Assembly: GCA_964016885.1 (NCBI GenBank)
Contig: OZ024742.1
Coordinates: 362,328,001 to 362,392,000, forward strand
Source of the DNA: Eledone cirrhosa
Lineage: Eukaryota
Length of the DNA: 64,000 nt
Direction of reading: 5' to 3'
The notes under the pieces are model-generated. The model was not told the DNA's origin. It worked only from the letters and a program-made list of their open reading frames with translations, and searched no databases. Positions 52,928 through 64,000 of this stretch are shown here, piece by piece. Within the stretch, counting starts at the first letter, position 1, and the number at the start of each line of letters is the position of its first letter. A program made the position numbers and the translations under genes.

Positions 52928-53779
52928 GTGAGAAGAGCGAGGAGTTATATTAGTTAAGACATTAAAATCGACAAAGGTGTTGCAGTTGTAACAGACAGAA
53001 GCATCTCGTTTCAGGCAACTGGATCTAATTAATAGAATGATCCGCACCCTATTTACACAGTTCTCCATTCCGTACCAAATTAAATTACAGAATACCTAAT
53101 CACAATATCACTTCATTTTTGTGCTTGTTACCATAAGAAGTGAGTACCAGAGAGCTGGAGCTGACTCCCAGAAATTACTCCGATCGTCACATATTTCAAT
53201 TCCAGTGCTTAGAACCATGAAAGATCTATTCAAAAGAGATTTAGCTGACCACCTCGGTCACCACAGGTTCTTGTTCGAATACTTGGACTCATGAAGAGTC
53301 CATACCAGATGGCTGTATGTAGCTATATAATGGAGAGAACCACAAATCACTACAGCTCTTAATTTCCGATTAATAAACAGCCTTAAATATAGCAAACAGT
53401 TATGAATGTTTGTGAACGAGTATGGACGAAATGAACTTCGGCCGGTCTCTTTCTTTCACATTCGCGTCACGTATAATACAACTGCCAATAACGTGTTCGA
53501 TTCTTTTGAATTTTAATTTTCTAGAAGTATCAGACGGTGAAAATTCATAAAAGAAAAAAACAGAATTATTTATTTAAAACAATTAGTGAATAACATTGCT
53601 ATATTCAGCGAAGTCGCCTTTGTCCTTCAAGGTATTCAGTTTTGTCATTGAAAGATCTTCCTGTTTTTTTTGTTTTTTTTTATCCACAGTTGGGAGGTTA
53701 ACGGATTGTTGCACAAGTGTCGTGAGGGCACTTTTCTGAATAGTCTAAAGCAGCAGATTACCATGCTGAGAGAGAGAGA

Positions 53780-53881
<102 letters not shown>

Positions 53882-54194
53882 GGGAGCAAAAGAAGTAAAT
53901 ATTCATCGACCTCAAAAGATCGAGGAAAAAAGTTACATTGGTATGGTTTGAATTGTAAAGGAAAGTGCCCACTTTAAAGACATTGATGCGTTCTGTCAAT
54001 TAAACGGCAGTAACGAGTAAAATAAAGGACAATGAAAGAACAAGAAAGACAGAGTTGTTTTCAAACATGCCAATAGAATATACATTGTTAACAGGAACAG
54101 TTTTTTTTAGTTTCACATACGGCATGAGTTTTATTATAATTGGTCTTACATCAAAAAGAAAACAAAGCAAAGGAAAATAAAATCTTACATCAAA

Positions 54195-55790
<1,596 letters not shown>

Positions 55791-56840
55791 TAATTACAGA
55801 AACAGGAGACATTTTGACTGATCATACTTAATTGTTTTAATATTTTGTTTTAATAGTTAAAATAAAACATCTTCCTTTAACCATTTCTATCTTCATTCCT
55901 GTGAATAAACTCCTCCTTCGTAAATTTATTTCACTTGTTTTAATTTCACTTTTCTCTTCCATTGACCATCGTGTTTATACTCATGTTGAAGTAGCTGCAG
56001 TGTATCAAGTCTGCTTCTGTCTTTTTTCCTTTTTTTAATGTTAACAAAGATAATACGAGAATGATTTCCCAGAAAATATAGTTGAAAAAAACTGAAAATA
56101 AAACATCGCAAAACTAAAAGAAAAAAAAAGAGAACACGCGAAAAAAGGAGGAAAAATGCCTTTTCATTACGAAATTCAAATATCGAATTCTTTAGTTCGG
56201 TTTCTTTATATTTTTGGAAACGATCATTATGTCGCCTTCAGCATTTCTTATGATATTAATAATAATAGAGAGATAGATAATATAGGCAGATAGATAGGTG
56301 GATAGTTAGTTACATAGAGAGGGTGTGTGTGTGTATAAGAAAGAGAAAGAGAAAGAGAGAGTGAACGGGCGAGAAATAGTGACAGGGTGGATAAGAGAGA
56401 GAGATTAAGAGAGAAAGAGAGAGAGAGAGAGAGAGGGAGAATGAGTGAGAGAGAAAGAGAGAGAGATAGAGAGTTGACAAGAGAGAGTGATTGAGAGAGA
56501 AAGAGAGAATGAGAGAATGAGTGAGAGAGAAAGAGAGAGATAGAGAGTGGACAAGAGAGAGTGATTGAGAGAAAAAGATAGAATGAGAGAATGAGTGAGA
56601 GATAAAGAGAGATAGAGTGTGCGAAAGCGAGAGAAAGTGTAAGGGTGAGAGAGATAGTGAGGAGGGAGAGTGTATGAGAGCGAGAATTGTTAATTTCTTT
56701 AAGGAATGTTTATGCTAGGTTTGTCAGTATTTACCAAAAGAATATTTGCATATGTGGAAGAGGTATTTTTATGACATAAATTACAATATCAACAACATTG
56801 GCAGTAATAATAATAGTAATAATAAAAATAATAATAATAA

Positions 56841-57345
56841 TTGTTTCTACTTTTGGCACAAGGCCAGCAATTATGCCAGTGTATTACTGGTACTTTATTT
56901 TATCGACCCCTTAAGGATGAAAGGCAAAGTTAATAATAATAATAATAATGATTTCTATTATAGGCAGAAGGCCAGCAATATTGGGAGAGGGGAGAGTCAA
57001 TTAAATCAACCCAGTGCATTACAAGTGCTTTAGTTTATCGACACCGTAAGGATAATAGGCAAAGCTAACCCCAGTGAGATTTGAACTCAGAATGCAAAGG
57101 GCCATGGCTCTATGCCCCAAAGGATGTTGTCCGACGCTCTACCGATACTGACAATCCATTATAATAATAATGGTTTCTACATTTGGTAAAAGGCCAGCAA
57201 TTTGAAGGGAAGGGGGTAAGGCGATTAAATTGATCTCAGTGCATTACTGGTATTTTATTCTATCGACCCTGTAAGAATGTGAGGCAAAGTTGAGCAAGTG
57301 GGATTTGAACTCAGAATTTAAAGAGACTGTATTATATCCCCAAGG
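56841..57345 (-). mobile_element. Three tandem SINE copies separated by (AAT)n
   Basis: tttcta...aaggccagcaa...tatcgac.cc.taag.at..ggcaaag repeated three times. Confidence 0.8.
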
Positions 57346-57721
57346 AGGCACTAGGACAGCGATACATTTAACGATAATAATAAAGCAATTTCTAACTTTG
57401 GCACCAGGCTGCAAGATTTAGTATTATTTACTAGCATGGGCATAGCTTCAGACATTGTATGTGGATCATATAACGATTACAACAGCATCTAGTGCTTCAT
57501 TGCTTTTATCCTTCTTTGAAAATTAACGGCAAATGTGAAATTGGATTCGGCTGAATTTTTAAACAGGATATAAAATTAAGAACTTTAATAAGTACACTAA
57601 TGTATTCAGTTCGACACTCTACTGATTTAGTCTTCCTCTCATTAAATCATTTTTCATTGAGTCTTCTGTGTGAACAATATAATAAACAGTTCTTTACAAT
57701 CAAACTTCAATACAACTAATA

Positions 57722-57915
57722 ATAATGATAATTCTCATTATCGCTCTGTCACGCAGTGCAGGTGGACAATGCGCCGGGCTATTTAGTCATCTGTCAAGTC
57801 GCAACAAGGACCTCACACAGAAAATACTTTCCTCAAAATGTGCACAGTGTCTAACAAAATCGTTTTTTTTTGTATGACATCTAACCTGTATGGTATCCCT
57901 AGTCGCTTTAAAAAG
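57722..57915 (-). mobile_element. 3' tip of a further R4/Dong family
   Basis: Reverse complement encodes LKRLGIPYRLDVIQKKTILLDTVHILRKVFSV*, homologous to the C-termini of families A and B. Ends at an AAT/ATT-rich tract. Confidence 0.7.
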
Positions 57916-57972
57916 ACTTGATCACAACTGGTCCCCTACATGTCGGCCCTTGTGGCCAATAAATGAAATCAT
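57916..57972 (+). mobile_element. 3' tip of a Tx1-like LINE
   Basis: atgtcggcccttgtggccaataaatgaaatcatt matches the 3' ends at 22020, 36495 and 2009. Confidence 0.55.
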
Positions 57973-57974
57973 TC

Positions 57975-58014
57975 TTCTCTTCTTCTTCTTCTTCTTCTTC
58001 TTCTTCTTCTTCTT

Positions 58015-58092
<78 letters not shown>

Positions 58093-58093
58093 T

Positions 58094-58145
<52 letters not shown>

Positions 58146-58160
58146 TAGTAGTAGTAGTAT
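57975..58160. repeat. Compound (CTT)n(ATT)n(GTA)n microsatellite
   Basis: Direct reading. Confidence 0.95.
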
Positions 58161-58689
58161 TTGCCAAGTAATAAGTAATCATACGTTGTTATAAACTGAC
58201 ATTAGTTTTAACTTTCTGTTAAAGAACAATATGAAAATTCTCCGCACATCAATGGAAAATTTAAGAAAAAATACAAAAAAGTTTTAAAATCGGTTGTTTT
58301 GGTTGTAAGTTGTATATTTTTTATATATCACATGAAATCATATACAAGTTGGTGGTTTAGAATATTATATAATACATATGTAATATTTTATGTTTTATAG
58401 TACATATATATAGTTGCTTGGCTTATTTCGGCTTTCTGGTTTGTTTCAAAGATGTCAAATAAAACAAAGAAAAAATATTTCCACCATAAAGATGTTTTTC
58501 ATATTTATTAATAAATAGGTTCTCGTGTCCATTAAAAAAAATGTAATGATTTTTGTAGCTTGTTGTTATTTGTTTAGAAGCTAAGAAGAGGAAAAAAACA
58601 TGAAGAAATGGAGTCAGAACTCTGACGGTAGCTGAATAACACAACGCACTGGCACTCCAGCCATTCTCTCAATACAGAAATATAATGAT

Positions 58690-59155
58690 TTCTAATTGAG
58701 GCACAGGGTAAGACATTTATGGGAAGGGAAAAGTCGATTATATCATTAATTATTTTATCCACCTCCAACCTTATGAAAGGCAAAGTTGCCTTTGTGTATG
58801 GGGTGGGGTGGGGCCTTGAACTAAGGTCAGAAAGTAAAGAGGACGCGGAACAAATAATTCAAGCGTTTGTTAGACGCTCTACCGACTCTACAAATCGACC
58901 AGTACCACCAGCACCAGCAGCGCCACCAGTAATAGTAATAATTATAATAATTGTTTCTACTTTAGGCACGTAGTCAACAATTTGGGGAGAGGGAAAAGCC
59001 GATCAATTCAACCCCATTATATTACTGATATTTTGTTTATTGACCCCGTAAAGATGAGAAGCAGAGCTAACCTTAGCAGGATTTGAACTCAGAACAAAAA
59101 AGGACGTAACTTCATGCTGCAAATCAGGGTGTCCGGTGCTCTACCGATACTGCCC
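58690..59155 (-). mobile_element. Two decayed SINE copies
   Basis: gaaaggcaaagtt, atttgaactcag, ctctaccga motifs; another partial copy at 61645-61760. Confidence 0.7.
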
Positions 59156-59900
59156 CTTTTATAATGAAAGTAATAGTAATAATATAGTCTGACATTTATA
59201 TATGTAAATTGTGAGTGAAAACTAACAAAACATAAAATCAAATACTTTAGTTATTAGCGAGAAAACTGTCAAATTTAAACAAGGAAGAAGCAGAAGGAAA
59301 AAAGGACCAAACACGAAATATAAGAAAGGAAACAATGATTCCATAGGTCTTTCCATTGCCAATACTATCTACCAGTCACAAATCATAGCCGCACAAGCAA
59401 CACATGAAATAGAGTGTTTTGCTCGCCCAAGAATACAACACGCCGCCAAATCCACGAAAAAAGTCCACAACTAAATGTGAGCATAAATCCCTAACAGCCA
59501 AGTCACGTGCCTTCACAAACAAGAGGGGGAAATATAGTTTAAATATAAATACAAGAAACAACTGACAATATATAGTCAGCAACAAAGTATACATATTTAA
59601 AATAGACCTCGTCCCGCCATAAGACTTAAGTGTTATTCTATAGAAAGAACTTTCACATCGTATGTTGGAATGTTTAAAGGGGGACTATTATATACAACCT
59701 ATCATCCATTCGTGTATGTATATATGTATATAAATATATATATAGAGATATTTATATATATGTTTGTTAGTGTATATATATATATGTATGTGTGTGTGTA
59801 TACGTATATACATACAAATATATGTATATATATACATACATGAATATACACCCACCCACCACAGACACACATATATATATATGAGCTATTTCTATATCAA

Positions 59901-59967
<67 letters not shown>

Positions 59968-60001
59968 CATACATACATATATATATATATATACACAAAC
60001 A

Positions 60002-60088
<87 letters not shown>

Positions 60089-60121
60089 CATACATATATA
60101 TATATATATGCATATATATGC

Positions 60122-60164
<43 letters not shown>

Positions 60165-60590
60165 TATATATATGCATATATATATGTATGTATGCATATA
60201 TATATATGTATATATATATGTATATATATATGTATATATATATATATATATGCATGTATATATATATGTGTGTTTGCGGTGGGTGTGTGCGTGTGTTTGT
60301 ATCTACAATAAATGCATCCATAGATTTTCTCATAAACAAAGAAATGTTCACCTGTAGCAGTTGTAGATGTAAACACCTGATAGATTCAATTTAAGTTCTT
60401 GTTAGACATAAAAGCATATTTTTCACTCGTTCCTTCATTTGAAAACATATATGTAACATCTCAGATACCTTCTTACTTTCCTATGTTGATTTCTTTCTGC
60501 ATATATCTATAACTTACTGAATGTTAACCCTTTCAATTACAGGAAAGAATACTTTCAAAACAGAAATCATACTAATCGCTTTCTGTGTTT

Positions 60591-60763
<173 letters not shown>

Positions 60764-60820
60764 GCATATATTTAAACACATACCTAAGCATCGATATTCA
60801 CATACGTATGTACATGCAAA

Positions 60821-61178
60821 TACGAGGGTGGGATGAAAAGTTCATTGGTTAACTATCAAGAAGTGATGCTAGAGCTGTGAAATCTTGCATGCATTAATTC
60901 CAAGTTTTCTTATTAATAACTTTATTGTTACTTTCCAGCGACTATGTTGAATCATAGAGTTCATTTGGTCATCCCATGAGTGTATCTTTGTCAGCCAATG
61001 AAGGAGTGATGCTAGGGCTGTGAAATCTTGCATGCATTAATTTCAGCTCTTATTTAAAACTGCATTTTTTCTTTCCGAGGACTAAGTTGAAAAATAAAGC
61101 TCATTTGGTCATTTCATGAGAGTATTCTTGTCGGCCTATGGACATTTCAGTCTACGAAGCTTTCAACCGACCCTCGTA
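60821..61178. mobile_element. Mariner-type MITE with internal tandem duplication
   Basis: TIRs TAcgagggtgggatgaaaagt / agctttcaaccgaccctcgTA; two ~145 bp internal units. Confidence 0.8.
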
Positions 61179-61805
61179 CATTGAAACATTCAAACACTGC
61201 CACAAGTGTTCCCCAAACCGAGTTCTACTGTTGAAGACAATAAGGATGCAATTGAAATATAGAAAGAAAAAAAAGGAAAAATATATTTCATACAGTCCCC
61301 ACATTTTACGAAACAAAATTGGTTAGGAAGCCCCTTAAATACAATTATCAAAATGTCTACTGATGTATAGACAAGAAGGTGAAACAATATATAGATATCA
61401 TATTGAGTCTTCACACACAGTCACACACATGAACACATATACACACATATGTATATACAAACAAATAAATATACACAACTATTCATATATACACACGTTC
61501 CTTACACACATATGCAGTTAGTGTTTGTTATGAAACCATTACATACAAATTTATAAGCACACACACACACACATACACACACACACACACACACCGCACA
61601 CACACACACACACACACTATATATATATATATATATATATATCGAACCCGTAATGATGAAAGGGAAAACTAACCTTGTTGGAATTTGAACACAGAACGCA
61701 AAAGGACGTAATTCTATGCCATAAGGTATATTGTCCGGTGCTCTACCGGTTACTGTTAATCAACCGAAACAAAATAATAATAATAATAATAAAAAACATA
61801 ATTGT

Positions 61806-62135
61806 GAAGGCGTGTGACAGAGTGGTTATAGTGTTTGGTTCAGTATCATAATATTTTAAGAACGATTCCCTTTGACCCATTCTTTGGTTCAATGGTAGGA
61901 CCAGCTCTAGAAATAACGATGCAAATAGCCGAGCTTTCCAGAGTCACTGGTTCCCTTAATTTATTTCTTAGGGAAATCCATCATGAAAAGTGTATGCTAA
62001 GGCTGGTACCTTTAACTTCTTTTTCATCCTATCCCGCTGAGAATTTGTATATTGCTCAAGGAACACTGCGCCGCCGTTTGTTGAACTCATCACCTTTCGA
62101 TCATCAGCCGAACATCCTAACCACTAAAGCAGAAG
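61806..62135 (+). mobile_element. Decayed tRNA-derived SINE(s) of a second family
   Basis: gaaggcgtgtgacagagtggtta head and ctagaaataac motif; antisense tRNA-like piece at 62065-62130. Confidence 0.4.
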
Positions 62136-62454
62136 CCTTTACATATTGTACATACAATATTGTTGTATGTTACTAAACCTTAGATTACTAGAAGCGCTAC
62201 ATTCTTACCAGTGTAAAACCACTCAACTACAAATAGTTTCTGTACTTACTGCTAAACAATTATTAACCAAATAGATGAATACTTAAACTATAGCATATTT
62301 GCATATATTTACATAACAATGTAAATTATATATTCATACTTGATATCATTGAAATTTAATTGCTTTACATATTGTTCCCTGGGCGAGTTGAACAAGTTTT
62401 CAAATATTCCTAACAAGCAGCAACTACCAGCCACAATCACGGCCAGTATTACCA

Positions 62455-62832
62455 CCACCAACACCATATCTACCTCCCCCAACATCGCCACATCACTAGC
62501 AATCTTCCACCACTCCCATCTCTACCTCCCCCAACGTCGCCACATCACTAGCAATCTTCCATCACTCCCATCCCTACCTTCCCCAACATCGCCACATCAC
62601 TAGCAATCTTCCACCAACACCATATCTACCTCCCCCAACATCGCCACATCACTAGCAATCTTCCACCACTCCCATCCCTACCTTCCCCAACATCGCCACA
62701 TCACTAGCAATCTTCCACCACTCCCATCCCTACCTTCCCCAACATCTCCACATCACTAGCAATCTTCCACCAACACCATCCCTACCTTCCCCAACATCGC
62801 CACATCACTAGCAATCTTCCACCAACACCATC
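62455..62832. repeat. 52-bp minisatellite, ~7.3 copies
   Basis: ccacca(ctc/aca)cat..ctacct.ccccaacatcgccacatcactagcaatctt repeated. Confidence 0.95.
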
Positions 62833-62870
62833 ATTAGTTTACGCCGTTACCAATGTCGTGTTATCAACAG

Positions 62871-62963
62871 TTTCTGGTTGAGTTGGACACCCAGTCGTGG
62901 GCAAATGAACTCTCCCACACAAACTGAAGATTGTCAGCAGCTTTTGAAAGGAATTCATCCAAA
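62871..62963 (+). CDS. Candidate 93-nt host-gene exon (product unknown)
   Basis: caacag acceptor, AA|gtagga donor, open frame FWLSWTPSRGQMNSPTQTEDCQQLLKGIHP, length divisible by 3. Confidence 0.35.
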
Positions 62964-62997
62964 GTAGGATGAATTAAAACAATTCTATATACTTTAA

Positions 62998-63042
<45 letters not shown>

Positions 63043-63140
63043 AATATATGTATATGTATGTCCATATATGCATGTAAGTTATTATATTATAGTGTTGGGA
63101 TCAAAGGGCTGTGCTCTTGCCGTTTCAGCAGCCAATTCCA

Positions 63141-63227
<87 letters not shown>

Positions 63228-63402
63228 AATATATGCAGAGGTTATATTTAATTTGTTGGGATTCAACAAGCTTAAACATTTTTATAACTGATATAAAGCA
63301 CTCAACAATTTAGTGGAGTAAATACACAATATATTAATAAATGGAAACTATATTTATAAAATCATATTTATTTTATTATACATATTTCAAGGGCAACCAA
63401 GG

Positions 63403-64000
63403 CAACCCCTTTCTCATTAAGTATTAAAACTCCTATAGCTAAATTATTCTATAAATCTCTAGATAAGTGCTTTCCTAAGACACACAGGTATTACTCTATC
63501 TTTAATAGACATACTATTAAACTCTCATATTCCACCACTATGAGTTTAGCGCAGAATAGTAATAGAATTAATAATAGAAACTTAAAACCTAACCAGAATA
63601 GCATTAATACCCCTATCAATATCCAATAATATACGGCTCCCAATAATATAAATTCAGATAAATGTAATTGTAGAAATAAATCTATCTGTCCTCTAAATAA
63701 TAATTGTTTAGTTAAAAATATAGTATACAATTGTAATGTCAAAACAAATGAAAACTCCTTTAACTATGTCAGCTTTACTTCCACAGACTTCAAATCTCGT
63801 TTTAATAACCATAAATGTTATTTTACGAATATTGGTAAAAAAATCTTCAACTTCTCTATCTAACTTATTATGGGACTTAAAATCCAAGAATATTAACTAT
63901 TCTTTACTTTGGAAAATTATCTCCAAAGCTCCTTCATACACTGCTTTATCCCAAAATTGCTCACTTTGCGTTGAAGAAATATTCTTTATACTAAAAAGTA
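63403..64000 (+). mobile_element. Naiad-type Penelope-like element fragment (linker plus GIY-YIG), decayed, runs off the window
   Basis: Manual translation: PFSLSIKTPIAKLF..DKCFPKTH..IFNRHTIKLSYS...KCNCRNKSICPLNNNCLVKNIVY..FKSRFNNH..TSLS..LWDLK..WKII..CSLCVEE; one stop and one frameshift. Confidence 0.8.

Noticed and set aside
53689-53765. Exon after the strong acceptor ttttttatccacag
   Set aside because: No convincing donor; runs into (GA)n.
57754-57890. + strand exon after ctctgtcacgcag
   Set aside because: Explained as the antisense of an R4/Dong C-terminus and 3'UTR.

Overview
Eukaryotic, AT-rich, microsatellite-dense genomic DNA. It is probably intronic or intergenic sequence from an octopod cephalopod; this is an inference from the tRNA-head/Nin-like SINE family and the repeat content. 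No complete host gene is visible, only two candidate small + strand exons. The window is dominated by transposable elements. A ~28.5 kb nest (11.6-39.9 kb) of non-LTR retrotransposons is stitched together by (TAA)n tracts. It holds R4/Dong-clade RT-RLE elements on the - strand, one with an intact 1130 aa ORF, and three L1/Tx1-clade ORF1+APE-RT elements on the + strand. Elsewhere there are RLE elements and short RTE-derived bipartite elements in (CATA)n, Penelope-like fragments (two GIY-YIG domains, hammerhead-like motifs, fold-back palindromes) beside (TA)n, Helitrons, mariner derivatives, many SINEs and two minisatellites. Most notable observations: (1) a 52-53 nt GT-AG mini-intron candidate that would fuse Tx1 ORF1 in frame to ORF2; (2) a 3' tail shared between the Tx1-like LINE and the dominant SINE; (3) APE- and RLE-type elements using the same (TAA)n target in opposite orientations; (4) minimal U3:A8-variant hammerheads inside a 138-bp-arm palindrome; (5) a 5'UTR motif shared by three different LINE families. 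Element boundaries were read by eye and are approximate.
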